Below are positions 1 through 13,250 of a DNA stretch of 64,000 nucleotides, one piece after another. Positions within the stretch are counted from its first letter, which is position 1. Every line of letters starts with the position of its first letter. Below the pieces are notes generated by a model. The model did no database searches. It had not been told where the DNA came from and was given only the letters and a program-made list of their open reading frames with translations. Made by a program: the position numbers and the translations under genes. The DNA lies in assembly GCF_009914755.1 (NCBI RefSeq), contig NC_060947.1. One strand, 5' to 3'. This DNA is from the human T2T-CHM13v2.0 reference genome, Homo sapiens.

Positions 1-72
1 GCACCTGTATATCTGTGTAACAAAACTGCACGTTCTGCACATGTACCCCATAACTTAAAGTATAATAAAAAA
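1..72 (+). mobile_element. L1PA 3' end with short A tail (continues beyond window start)
   Basis: gtaacaaaactgcacgttctgcacatgtacccc..aacttaaagtataataaaaaa is the L1PA terminus. Confidence 0.9.
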
Positions 73-695
73 GGAAACCACCACATTTTAGTGACAAATT
101 TCAAAAGCCATTACTGTCAGTAAAGTTGTGTAATACAGGAAATTTGTCTTCAACCTCCTTCCTCTGGGCCCCACTATCACCTACTCCTTGCCTCTCACCT
201 CCCTCAGCATTCCCCACTCAAAACCCTTTTTCCTAATTCACCCTCATATAGAACTGATATCAATTTAGAGAATCTTTTTACTTTTTCTCAGAAATCAAAA
301 TCTTCATTATGCTAAAAGGATAATCTTTTAATGGTGGGAGTTCACCTTAGCTTAATATGTCAGAAAATATATTGATGGGCTTTTCTGTCACTGAACTCAT
401 ATCATGAATGCTATTTTCAAATACAAGTATTTAGCATTCTTAAAACCTGCACTTTAAAATGAATAGTTTATTTCTTCTTTAGGAAGTTCTGGTAGGAAAT
501 TGTTCTGGTATTGCTTTTTTTTCTTTTGATTTTGATTTGCTGATTTTAAAAAACTTTCTCCCTATTGTGTCACAGTGTTTTTTCTTTATCGTAATTTACA
601 AAAGCAAATTATAATAACTAATGGAAAAGATCACTTTAAAAGCTTGTTTTGTGATTGAGAATGGTAAACAAGGCCTCTAGTATACTTGCCTAACA

Positions 696-710
696 TCAGT
701 AGATGGCAGC
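696..710 (+). promoter_or_regulatory. Candidate CTCF site
   Basis: TCAGTAGATGGCAGC is close to the CTCF core CCASYAGRKGGCRS and lies in non-repeat sequence. Confidence 0.45.
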
Positions 711-1294
711 ACACACTCTCCTGTGAAGGGCGATGAGTGTGGAGACACCATTTTATTTGAATAGCAGTTAAGTTCAGAAGTGGAATCTCATCAAAATGGT
801 TTCTTTTGGTAATCTTCATGAAAGGATTTATTTCCAGTTTTTTTTCCCCCTGCATAACATGGAAATAAAGGTTGAATAATTTATTACCATAAAGCCACAT
901 TAACTGAACCCCACCATTTGGAATGGGTCATAATTCAGAAAGTGGCTTGGGCTGAAGCTTTTTCTATATGGAAAAAAGTTGCTTAGCAACTTAATAGTTA
1001 AACTTTTTTAGAAGACTATAAACTGCTTAATAAAATTATGGCTTCAAGTGACTTTAAAATCGTCATTTCATTAAAATAAAAAAGTCCAGGCCCTTGCGCA
1101 TTAATAGCTAATTTGAATAAGGATGGCTCTCAGTTATATAGAAATCTGTTAGACAAGTTGAAAAATAAAAGACCAACTCAGAAATTGCTAAATTGGTGGC
1201 ATTCTATAGATATAGCTCAAGTAAAATATATTCTCCAACCCTTGCCTTAAACCATGGAGCATTTACAAAGGGAAATAACTAATTGTATTTTATT

Positions 1295-3430
1295 GTAATT
1301 CAGCAAATATATCAATATATTCTACACACGGCATTGTGTGAGGAGGCACTGAAGATACAGAGATGAATAAGACATGGCTCCTGTACTTAAAGACATAGTC
1401 TAAAAGGCAATATCAAATACCATACACACACAAAGGAACCTATGCAGATGACTGTTTAGTACAGAGAGTAACTCAGCACAAGTGTTACATTGTGACCAAG
1501 ACCTTAAGTGAACCAGGAAGATCTGTGGAATTCCCGTCATGTATATCATGTACATTTCTAGCCATAGATACAACATTGAATGGATGCCAGATGATTATGA
1601 AACCCTTCAGTTCTAATTCTTACAAGTCAAAGTTCCAAATAGATAGATATAGACATCTGATATATTAAGTACAGAGAGAGAGAGAACAAGGGCGAGAGAG
1701 AGAGAGAGAAGATACAGTAGTAGCACAGAAAAGTGAAGTTGTTAATTATTCAAGGGATCAGAGAAAGCTTCCTAGAAGAGGGAACATCTAAGCTAAGTTT
1801 GGAAGCATGAATAGGAACTTGCCACAGAGAAAATATGGGAAGGACATTTCAGGCAGCGAATGGCATGTAAAGAAGACTTGAAGCATATGTCCTGGAACTC
1901 TGACTTATTCAGTGTTACTTTAATAAAGAATTGGTGGTATATGGTGATACTGGCATTGTAGAAGAGGAAACTGAACTTTTAAGCAGGAGCTGATCATGAG
2001 CTACCATTAGTTTGTTATGCTTAGAGCATAAAGTTCTAGTGGGGAAGTGGTAAATGATGAGAAGAGAATGAAGCAGGAGCCAGATTAGGAACCTTGCATT
2101 GCCAAGGAGTTTTGGCTTTCATCTGTAGGTGTTAGGGAGCTATCAAGTAATCCTGAACCAGAGAATCACATTATCAGGTCTGCACTTAGAGGATCCTGAT
2201 AGAGATGTAGAGCCTTGACTAAAGAGGGCAGCAGCTAGACTAGGAGTCCAGTTAGGAGGCTGTTGGAATAACCCAGGAAAAAGATGATGGGAGCCCAACT
2301 AAAGCAGTAGTAATGAGGAAGGAACACATTCAAAAGATGTCTAGGAGGTAACAAGATATAGGCCCTTGGTGGACAACTGCACGTGGTAAGTGAAAGTAAG
2401 AGTCAATGATGACTTGCAGATTTCTGACTCAGGCTACTGAGTAGATGGATTGGCAGTACTACTGACTGATAGTGGAAATACAAAAGAAAAAGTATTATAA
2501 CAACCCATATATTAGCTAAGTCTTATTTAACTTAATTTAAAAGTGAACTTTCATTAAAAAAAAAACCAACAACTTGATGAGTAATCTATGAGTGAAATGT
2601 TTAACTGATTATTTTTCTCAAGGTATACTATCTACTGCTGTTAGGTCTAAATTATGTTGTATACTAGCCCAGAGAATAGACTGTTGTGTAAATTAGCATG
2701 AAGTATTATCTGTAGCATATAATTGAGCACTTAAATACATATTTTCTTGTTCTCATTCATTTAATCAACAAATATTTGTTTAGTAGCAGCCACTGTTCTA
2801 GGCTCCAAAGTTACAGGGATGAAAGGACAAAGTTCCTGCCCTCAAGAAGCAGCATGTAAGTCTCAGTGAAATGATCAGAGAAGACTTCATAAAGGTGGAT
2901 AATTTGAGATTTTATTTAAATGACAAATAAGAATTCATGGGTTAGATAGGAAAGGAAAAGGGGGAGCACATGCAAAGCCCTAAGCACTAGATAGTGATAG
3001 CATTACTAGGATATAAAGTAGTAAGGGTGGAGAAAAAGAATAATATAAAGCTAGACTGGTTAGATAGGAGCCAGATGATGCTGAAGGGTGAAGGACCTTC
3101 TCTGTCTAACTACAGAAATAGGATTTGATCCTGCAGTGGGCAGGAGCTTTTAAGGAATTATGAACAGTGGAGCAAAATCACTCTGATATAGGGTTATTGT
3201 ACATCTCAGTCTGTCCAGGACAGACTCATTTTATGAATAGTATGGTCCCCCTTTTCCAAAGGCATGGTGTAAGAGGAACTAGAGAAAGCAGAGTCTATGA
3301 GTAGGTTATGACTGGCACAATTGTTTGAATAAGAAGTATTGAAAGCCCGAACAATAGCAGTGGCCATGGGCATAGAGAGAAGAGTATGAATACGAGTGAC
3401 AACTAGAAGATAGAATTTACAGATCTTCTC
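1295..3430 (-). mobile_element. Degraded L2 LINE fragments (two blocks, ~1295-2480 and ~2750-3430)
   Basis: attcagcaaatat and cattcatttaatcaacaaatatttg L2 termini, each followed by the purine-rich antisense L2 body. Confidence 0.65.
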
Positions 3431-3847
3431 TTGATTAGTTCATATGTGAAAATCTTGCCTTACCAACCAACTGTACACTTCTTTGTACCATGTGTTAGTA
3501 AGATATAACTCAAAGATAATAATACTGACATGTTTGCTTCCAGAAAGAAAGGTGGGCCAGAGGCCTCCAAATAAATGATGCCCTTCAAAGTATACCCTTG
3601 AGAAGCTGCACCCTTATTCCCATGATTGTTCTATAACCCCAAGATTTTTCTGGACCTATTTGAACACTGCATTGAAGAGTCAATGCCACTTCTGTGGTAT
3701 TTATTCTGAGTGATAGCAAGTATTCATCCTCTGAGTGATGGACTGGATTTTTTTGAAATAGCAAAACTATTATTTTTAAAGAGCCAAACATGATAAATTA
3801 ATAGTTTTCTTATGTAGCTTATAAACTTACTAAAAAAATGTTTGGAG

Positions 3848-4090
3848 CAATCTATAGAAACAGAAAGTAGATTAGTGGTTGCCTAGATATGTTTTGGGAA
3901 CTAAGGGAAGATGGGGAGTAACTGCTAACAAGTAAGAGGTAAAAGGTTTCTTTCTGGAATAATGAAAACATTCTAAAATTAGATCATGATGACATTTACA
4001 CAACTCATTAAATATGTTAAAGACATTCAATTGCACACTCTAGGTCACTGAACTTTATGGCATGTAAATCATATGTCAGTAAATCTGTTC
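3848..4090 (+). mobile_element. Old L1M (L1MB/MC-like) 3' end
   Basis: atctatagaaacagaaagtagattagtggttgcctag...ttctaaaattagat...taaatctgtt motif series. Confidence 0.75.
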
Positions 4091-4536
4091 AAATCTTTGG
4101 AGCACTAGCAGTGTCCTAGGTTTGGAAATATATGTTTTGAACATGCATGGGTCTCATTACTTTATGATCAAACTTTGTTCTTCATTAGACTCATTTCCAT
4201 CCCCACACCCTTAGCACTGTACTAGGTACATAGTAATTACTCAATAGATATTTGTCCAGCAGAATTGGATATAGCATAGTGCTTAACTTCAATTCAGAGA
4301 AGACAGTGATTTTACTAAATAGTGTGGATAAGTTCTTAGATTGTTTTTTAGCGATTATACCAATTTATGTACCCACCATCAGTGTACAAGGGTTCCAATT
4401 GCTCTACATCATTGATATAACGTTTGGTATTGACAACCTTTTTAATTTTAGCCATTCTGATCGGTCTGTAGTGTTAACTCATTCTGGTTTTATTGTATAT
4501 TTTCCAGAATGTTTATGAGCCTGAGCACATTTTTGT

Positions 4537-4848
4537 ATTTTATAACTTCAACTTTTGTTATAGATTAAAGGGTACACATGCAGGTTTGTTACATGGGTAA
4601 ATTGTGTGATGCTGAGGCTTGGGACTCTAATGATGCCTTCACCTAGGCAGTGAGCATACTACCCAATAGGTAGTTCTTCAGCCCTTCTCCCTCTCCTCTC
4701 CTGCCTAGTGATCCCCAGTGTTTATTGTTCCTATCTTTATACTCGTGTGTATTCATTGTTTAGCTCCCACTTATAAGCGACAACATGCAGTATTTGGTTT
4801 TCTTTTCTTGCATTTGTTTGCTTAGGTTCATGACCTCCAGCTCCATCC
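4537..4848 (-). mobile_element. Older L1PA/L1PB 3' end, antisense, next to an L1M fragment (~4330-4530)
   Basis: ggtacacatgcaggtttgttacatgggtaaattg...tagctcccacttataagcgacaacatgcagtatttggttt. Confidence 0.85.
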
Positions 4849-5119
4849 CTTTCTTAGATTTTTTTTATATCCTAATATATAGTATTATGAGAACTTTTTA
4901 TAGATGTTGGGTTGTGACAAGTTTTTTTTGTTTTCCAAATATCAGTAATTTTGAATATAAGCAAAATGGGTTATTATTACTACTTTAATTACTATAAAAC
5001 TATTTGTTATTTTAATAAGTAGAAAGTATCATTTTTATGTAAATTATAGAAATCCCATGGGAGTATTTGTCTAATGTTTTATTTGTCACTGACTCTGGCA
5101 TCTTAATTTTCATTATTAA

Positions 5120-5275
<156 letters not shown>

Positions 5276-5789
5276 TAAGTGATTGTTATTTGAAATATAA
5301 AAAGATGAGTACAAGCAACATACATTAAAATTAAAATTCAGTAAGAGCTTGGGTTTCTGGTAAATTATGCTTCTCATTTCCTAGATTATATTTATGTCTT
5401 GCATTCTCAGTATTGGCCTTTCAGGGGGAGTGCTGACAACAGTTACAACATTAACCTAGGAACACATCCTGCTGAAATCTTCATTATTGTTGGGCTGACA
5501 GTAAATTCTGTGTGGACATTTTGATCCTATGTAGTTAGAAGATTCAAACAGATTTCTCTAGAAAAAGCAGTAGGGTTATGGAAACTTCTAGCTTACGTAA
5601 AAACCCCCTTTATCGCAGTTCCCCCTACAGCCACATGGATGGTATGATTAAGATCCTGTTTTATTGTCAAAATGTGGAGTGACAAACTGAGGGTGGGGAA
5701 TGTCCTTATGGAATGATCCGGAGGTAGGCAGAGTTGACTATCTGAGTATGGAGGAAACAGACAATAATCCCTAAATGAGACCTAGTGCA

Positions 5790-5940
5790 TCATTTTCACT
5801 TAATATACTTGTTAAAGATAAAGATTCCCAGGCCCCACTGCCAAAGATTTGATTTAGAGTCTGGAGTGGGGTTCAGTGATCTGAACTTTGCAAAAGTCCC
5901 TCAGATAATCCTGATAATCAGCAATACATGGGTACCATTG
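5790..5940. mobile_element. MER5-type hAT-Charlie fragment
   Basis: agattcccaggcccca...gagtctggagtggggttcag...ctcagataatcctgat. Confidence 0.6.
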
Positions 5941-6759
5941 CATTAGATTATTCACTAAAGCTGAAGGCAGGAGTCACCAGTTCTGCAAGTCAACTGTACT
6001 AATGCATGTCTCTCAGGCCTCAAAGTGAAACTAGGCAGGTGGATCTGAGCAGGCAACAGCATTTGAAACAGGGAAAAGTTTTATTTAAAGGAAAATGGAA
6101 TATTCTTAAGGGACATCCTTAAATGAGGAGTGAGACACATATTCAGGGACACCAACTACTGTATGTCAGAAACAAAGATGGCACCTCAGACTTTTCCTGG
6201 CTGAGGCAAGGGGCTGAAGACAAAGGGTTACAGCCAATATGCTTGCAAAACTGTGCTAGCCGATCAGCCATTAGAATCTAATTATTTTAGGGTAAGAGAA
6301 GGTAGAATTTCTTCAAGAACCACACTGCTTTTCCTGGCATACTTAGGTTCAAAAAAGTATACATCATATATAAGCTTGACTATTTTTCATGATTTTATAT
6401 TTTCTTTGTTTTTCCCCCTAGCTTTTGTACTAAAGTTTCTTTTGAAATTGCCAGTATATCTCAGGAAATAAGGGAAAGCATTCATTAGACGTTTGGGCTA
6501 GAGAAAAGGAGAGGCACTCATGGAAACTGTGCCTGGTGGGAATCAAGATGAGAAGACCCTAAGGGGGACAGAAACTCAGGAAGAAATGCATGGCCAAGTT
6601 TATTCTTCCAGTCAAAACCATAATGACATTGTATTTGAACTTTCCAGGGGGCTAAAATATATTCTCATTTGCTCACAAAAAAGAAGAGTTTTATGGTCTC
6701 TAGAAGCTTCCTGTCACCGAATGGGTCAAATTAATATTTCTACTCATTGTTCTAAAACA

Positions 6760-6890
6760 GTGATAAACAACAGAACTTACTGTGATGATAGAGATGTTCT
6801 ATATCTGTGCTGTCTAATATGGTAGCCACTGGCTATGTGTGGCTATGGGGCACTTGGAATGTGGGTAGTGCACATAAGAAACTGAATTTA
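6760..6890. mobile_element. MER3-like hAT-Charlie element
   Basis: agaacttactgtgatgatagagatgttctatatctgtgctgtctaatatggtagccact. Confidence 0.7.
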
Positions 6891-7409
6891 TGTGAACTCA
6901 TTTATTTGTTTAGCAGATATTTCTTGAGCACTAACTATGTTCCAGGCACTATGCTAAGTGCTAGAGAGACAGAGATGGGTAATGATGGTGTGGGCCCTCA
7001 AGGAACTTACAGTTTACACTGATAAGTGCTTGACAGAGGGATACAGGGTACCAGAAGAACCTAGAGGCAAGCTTACTCAATTCAACCAAGTATAGAGCAG
7101 GGCCAGCTTCTAGAGCCGTTTTCTCCCACCGGGAATTTTCCCTGTCTACTTCTGGTGGACTTGTTGTTTTGCTTAAGTAAGAAACCTATACCTTCCCAAG
7201 TCTATATACAGACCTCAGCTCTCCTTCTTCATGCCTAAAGGGTAAATACCACCAGACAGATTGCAAAAAGACAGTATTATGTACTAAAGGGACTTAGAAA
7301 ACAAAAGTTGGCTTTTAGATTTCATTTTCATCTGGATGAGTCTCAGGTGGAGCTAACAATAGGAAGGGAAGGGATATTCAATCCACTTAGAAATAGCACT
7401 CCAAATCAT

Positions 7410-7715
7410 TGTTGTCCAGTATGGTGGCCAGTAACCACATTTGGCTACTGAGCACTTGAAATGTGGCTAGTCCAAATGGAAATGTACTTAAGTATAAAAG
7501 GCACACCTGATTTCAAAACCTTAGTATGAAAAAATAATGTAAAGTATCTCATTAATATATTTTTTATTGATTACATGTTGGGAAATTTTGCATACATTGG
7601 ATTAAAGAAAATATATTATGAAAATTAATTTCACCTTTTAAAAACTTTATGTAACTCTAAGAAATTTTAAATATGGCTCGTGGCTCATGTTATATTTCTA
7701 ATAGGCAGTAATGCT
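7410..7715. mobile_element. MER33-like hAT-Charlie element
   Basis: gtccagtatggtggccagtaaccacatttggctactgagcacttgaaatgtggctagtcc...gtggctcatgttatatttcta. Confidence 0.75.
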
Positions 7716-8442
7716 CTAGTTGTAGCCTTAACTGGGAGTTATTTGTTTATTAATTCGTAAAGTGTTTTTCCATGGTTGTTTTTTGGAGAGTGGGAGATGT
7801 TATAATTTTGTCTTGATTGTTCCAACTAAAGGCCAACTGAGCCAAAAATAGCATTGAATTTTAAAAGGAAAAAGTACAAGATGGTTTCAGATACCTCCCA
7901 GATACTAGGTAATGAAACAAGACTAATTTTGCCAAGAACAAAGATCAGGCCACCAAGCAACTTTGTGTAACAAAGAGATTTCCTCTCTTGGCTATTATTT
8001 ATGCCTGTGACTTTTAAAGATGAAAAGGAAAGTTCTCTATCTCTGAGTCTCTTTGTACAGTCTTCACAACCTAAAATGAAAAAATCGAAGCATAAATCCT
8101 GCTTGCCACTGCAGAAAGGTCTATTTTAAATTCCCAGCAAGTTCATCATTTTAAAGAATGATAAAGTAGCAGATAGTTCACTCATAGGCCCAACACAACT
8201 TTTTAATACATCCTTAGAGGGTATGGAGTCAATTGTATTCCTACTTTTGTCTTCTTTAGTGTTTAGCACAGTGCTTTTGCACTTAGTAGGCCCTCTGAAA
8301 TAATTTTGTGCAGTTATGATCAACAGCTGGGTTCACTTTGGCCAGATTCAAAGAACTGCAAAGCTGTCTGCCAACTCCGTCTCTGTGGGTCTGTTTTTGC
8401 CTCAATAAATATTTGTTGAGCTAATGAAAATGTTTGTCTTTC

Positions 8443-8710
8443 CACTGCATCTTCTCACTCGTAAGTGGGAGTTGAACAATGAGAACATATGGACATGGAG
8501 GGGAACAACACACACTGGGGCCAGAAGGGGAATGGGGGGCGAAGGGAGTGAGAGCATTAGGACGAATAGCCAATGCATGCGGGGCTTAAAACCTAGATGA
8601 TGAGTTCATAGGTGCAGCAAACCACCATGGCACACATATACCTAAGTAATAAACCTGCACGTCCTGCACTTGTATCCCAGAACTTAAAGTAAAATTAAAA
8701 AAATAAAAAA
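8443..8710 (+). mobile_element. 5'-truncated L1PA (L1PA8-like) with a perfect 17-bp TSD
   Basis: L1 3'UTR and A tail flanked by GAAAATGTTTGTCTTTC at 8426-8442 and 8711-8727. Confidence 0.92.
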
Positions 8711-11153
8711 GAAAATGTTTGTCTTTCTAGCTATCTCTTTCCTCTGTCCTCTGTATTTACATGTGTATATACATGCCTATCTTGCTCCTCCTGTGTCTGT
8801 CTTTCCCTGTTTTTCCTCAGTGTGTCTTCACATTTTTGTCTTTCACAATGACTTGATTGGCCTCACCACATCTGATTCCTTTATTCTCTGGGTATTTGTG
8901 TGTGCTGCATATCTGTCTTCTTCAAGCATGTTGGCCTTACATTCTACTGCCCATTTTCACACACACCCCACAACCCAAATTGTCATAATATAAAATCAAG
9001 ATGTATTTAAGATATAATCTGCCGGCTTAAATCTATTTACTATGATTTTATCATTTACTTAATTTACTAATTTTATTTTTTTGATCTTAGTAGATTGTTT
9101 TTCCTCAGTTCTTAATTATTAAAGTAAAGCAAAATATTGACTTTTTTCTTTCTGGACCAAAAAAAAAAAAAAAAACCCACCTCCCACTTATATTAACTTT
9201 CTTTTTACTTAAATGGCTTTCAACTGATTTTTTTTTCATTAATTACTGGCCTAAGTTATATAAACTAGTAGTCTCTACTCTCAATATGTAGAGTTTTTTA
9301 AAATTAAATCTGTGTTTTTAATTGTTTTTGCCTTACCTATTATTACAGTGACATTCAAAATTGTTGTCAATAATCATTTGGTGTTAGGGATAATCAGCCC
9401 CAGTATTTTATTCTCAGCTCCAGAGAGCACAACAGTTCACTCACTCTCAGGAGCTGGATTTGAGAAGAGCTTCTCCATTAATCACCTTCATTTACTTGGA
9501 AAACTAAATTTTTTCTCCAGCATGGGTTTCTGCCATCCCAGCATTCAGGCCTGGGGCCAGAGAATTGGGCTCCATCTTCCATAAATCAAGTTCAGAATCA
9601 CATGTCTAATCGTTTGAGGCCATATCTGTGAGTTGAAGGCTAAAAATGACATTGTTTCACTGGGTTTGCTGTGAAAAGTGTTCTATAATTGGCTACCAAA
9701 TCCAGACATTTTGAGCAAATTTATGCAAAGTTAAAAAATAAGGAAAGAAAGAAAAAAAGTCAGGTACCCCAAAATTATCATTAACTCAACAACATGAGTT
9801 TGTCAGAAATATATCCGGTGCGCACTTGAGAATCTTCACTTTCTAGAATAGTTATATAAAATAACTTGTTTAATAAATGAGGTAGAGTGAGACAACAAAG
9901 TCAAATATTTATTTTCAGTCAACAGCTATCAATAGCAACCCTGTGTAATTCCTGAATAAGCAATAGCTATGTAACAGAGGGCTGAATTTACAATGTTGGC
10001 AGCTGTCCTCACAGATTTCTCATTAATGTATTTGAATTCATGTTAGGGTCTTTCCTTAAATGAGAATGCACTGAAAAACAGGCCTTTTTTTCTCTTTCAG
10101 GTTCATATTGTCTTTTCTCTTCAACATTATAATAGAAAAATATTTTTGAGGAAGCAGCTCAGAGGATCCAGTTTAACAAGTATATTTTTAACATCAATGA
10201 ACCTTTAATGAGTGCCTACTATGTGTAATGGAGAGTAGCAGTTAAGAATCAGGTTCTCAGAGTTCACAGTGACCTCTATACTTGTGGTCCCCCTGAATAC
10301 TGGACATGGAGAAGAGTTATATCAAGAAATAAGATGAACACCTACCCCCAATAATGTACCTTTCCTCTATATTTTATTCATACACTCATCTTCACTGTCA
10401 TCTCTCATATGAATCACTCTTTGGCTGGCCTGGTCCTAATTGACCTTTTCTGTCTTTTGTTTTTCTGAATCCTACAGATTATATCTGTGCCGGCATGTAT
10501 TCACCACTTATATCTTAGCTTGTCTAGACATGTAAAATTGCTTGAAACTTTGAGGAATGTAGAGGAATAAAGGGAGAATTTTTGAAAAACTTGAAGAAAA
10601 AGAAAGAGACAGGATTCTGAACTCAGGGCTGTAGAAAAATTATTTAATTTCTTTAAGCATCAGTTTTCTCTTTCATAGTAAGCAGAATGCACGTATCTCA
10701 TAAGGTTGTAAAAATAAATAAGAGAAGGCATTTAAAGTCCTTAGCACAGTACATGGCACATAGTTAATTGCTCAGTAAATGCTAGTTATTATTAGGGATG
10801 AAAGACACACTCATATGTTGCTATTATATAGAACAGAATATAATAAGTATTGTGAAGAAATTACAAAGATCTCTGTGGACAGAGAGGAGGGACAAATTAT
10901 TTACAGCCAAGGAGTGGGTATGATGGATTCTTAGAAGAGGGTACACTTGAGAGTGACATTAGAGGGTATAGGAATTTAACAAGTAGGGTTTATAAGAAGT
11001 TTTGTTTGAATGCTTACTTCAGACTGTAGGTTTCATTCACTTTGGTATCCCTAAGGTCTGCAACACTGCCCCAGCATATATGCTCAAATATAAGGTAACA
11101 CAATAAGATAATTTTAAAAAGTTTTTTGATGCACCTGCATACATAAACTGTTT

Positions 11154-11185
<32 letters not shown>

Positions 11186-11226
11186 TATCTGTATATCTAT
11201 ATATCTATATATATATATATATATAT
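11154..11226. repeat. Compound (TA)n(GA)n(TA)n microsatellite
   Basis: Read directly from the sequence. Confidence 0.95.
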
Positions 11227-11619
11227 GGTTGAAAGTCTACTTATGATGTTTGTTAATTTACTTTCATTTTCATATTTAAAACCACTTATATAAAGTATTA
11301 TTTTGTAGAGATTTTTCTACTCTCATATTTCACGAGTGGTATAATTCAAAATCTTCTTATGTGTCTTTAACATCATTCTTTTTGTAATCACTAGAGATTA
11401 TTTTTGAGTCTTCCAGCAGTTACTCAAATATATTACCTGACTTCCATCTAAGATATTTGAGATTTTGAACCCACATATAATTCTGTTCGTGGATATTTAT
11501 TCCTAGTCACAATTACCCATTCATATAACATTAAGACTATTGTTTTTTGAATTTGTCCTGTAGGTGTATATTTAGGTCTTCATGACATATATCTACTATC
11601 TACTATATGACTTTTTAAA

Positions 11620-12020
11620 ATTTCTATTACAAATTGTCATACTTACACAAAAATAGGGAAAATAACACAGGAACTACTGTATTCTTATCACTCATATTAA
11701 ATATTTATCAACAATTTTTAATAAAATCACAATGCCATTACATCTACAAACAATTAACAATTGCTTCATATCATTTAACTCCCAGTCTATAATCAGAATT
11801 CTCCACTTGCAACAAAACGCTATTTTTATAATTGATTTGTTCAAATCAACATCCAAAGGAGATCTACATATTGCATTTGTTGTATATCGTAAGTCTGTAT
11901 ACCCTGAAGCAGTCTCCTTTCTTTTTCCACTACCATTATCTTGTTGAAGAAACTGGTTATTGCCTTGTAAAATGTGGCACTTTCTGTATTTGTCTGTTAG
12001 TTTCATTAGCTGTCATTTAA
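11620..12020 (-). mobile_element. L1MC-like 3' fragment
   Basis: gttcaaatcaacatccaaa...ttgttgaagaaactggttattg...cactttctgtatttgtctg. Confidence 0.55.
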
Positions 12021-12030
12021 CTTGCTCTTC

Positions 12031-12251
12031 TAACTTCCACCTCTGGGATTCAGGGGATTCTCTTGCCTCAGCCTCTCGAGTAACTGGGATTACAGGCGTG
12101 TGTCACCATGCCCGGCTAATTTTGTATTTTTAGTAGATACGGGGTTTCACCATGTTGGCCAGGCTGGTCTTGAACTCCTGACCTCAAGTGATCCACCCAC
12201 CTCAGCCTCCCAAAGTGCTGGGATTACATATGAGAGCCACCATGCCTGGCC
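12031..12251 (-). mobile_element. AluS lacking its 3' end and poly(A) tail
   Basis: Antisense Alu from aacttccacctc to catgcctggcc, with no T-tract. Confidence 0.92.
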
Positions 12252-12959
12252 AGATGCTTGCTTTTTTAATTGCCAGCTTTCATTGTAAAGAGTTAGCATG
12301 GAGTTACATACGAAAGTGTTCAATGAGGGGTATTTTGATATTTTTAGTAGGGAAATTTTATTAAGTATCTTTATAAAGTCTTACAATTTTACATTGTCAA
12401 TATGTTTCACTGAGTTGCATCTATTATTGTTTATGGTGGTCAAACTATTCCATCTTTAGCTAATGGGAGACCCTTTCACTGCATTAGTTTTGACAGAGGT
12501 CTTTTAATAGCTTGTTTACGACATCCAACACTTGCAGTTATGTGGTCATACCCTCCAAAATAACTTATTCACATCCTTTCTTTGTAATTCTGACAGGTAC
12601 TCTCTATGAGCATCCAAAACTAGCATTAATTGAGAAGATATCAACCTAATATGTCCTTTCCAAACTGTATTTTATAGTTAAAAATAAATGAATATGGATA
12701 AGTACCAATCACATGAAAGATTTTTATAAGAACTTGCATATAAGGCAGCTCCATTTTTATGAGGAAAAATTGGGAGGAGAAAACCCTTATCTTGTATTTG
12801 GGTATATATGGTGCATTTCTGTGCATGCATGTATGTTTGTTGTAGGTATATTTTTAGCACAAGTGGTAACATACTATATATCTCCTTTTTTATTGTGTTT
12901 CTGTGTTTTAGAGATGGTTCTATGCTTGTACCTCATACTTTTTAAACAGATGCAGTGCT

Positions 12960-13250
12960 TTGTTATTTGAATAGTACCATAATTTATTGAACTAGGCCCT
13001 AAATGGACATAGACATTTAATTTGTTTTTGATGTTTTGCTATTATAAACAAGGCTTCTGTGAAGATCCTTACAAATAAACCATTTTATACAAAGTTATCA
13101 TTAGAATAGATTCCTAAAAGTGGAATTGTTATGTAAAAGGATATGTGCATTTTTCTTTCTGAGTTACCCTCCTTAGAGGTTTGTTTATTTAACACACCAT
13201 CAATAATGTATGAGAGTGCCGGTTTGCCTGCACCTTTGCCAACACAGCTG
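12960..13250 (-). mobile_element. L1ME-like fragment
   Basis: ttttgctattataaacaagg...gattcctaaaagtggaattg...atgtatgagagtgcc...tgccaacac. Confidence 0.65.

Noticed and set aside
631-900. 89-aa minus-strand ORF
   Set aside because: No recognisable homology or exon context; this length is expected by chance.
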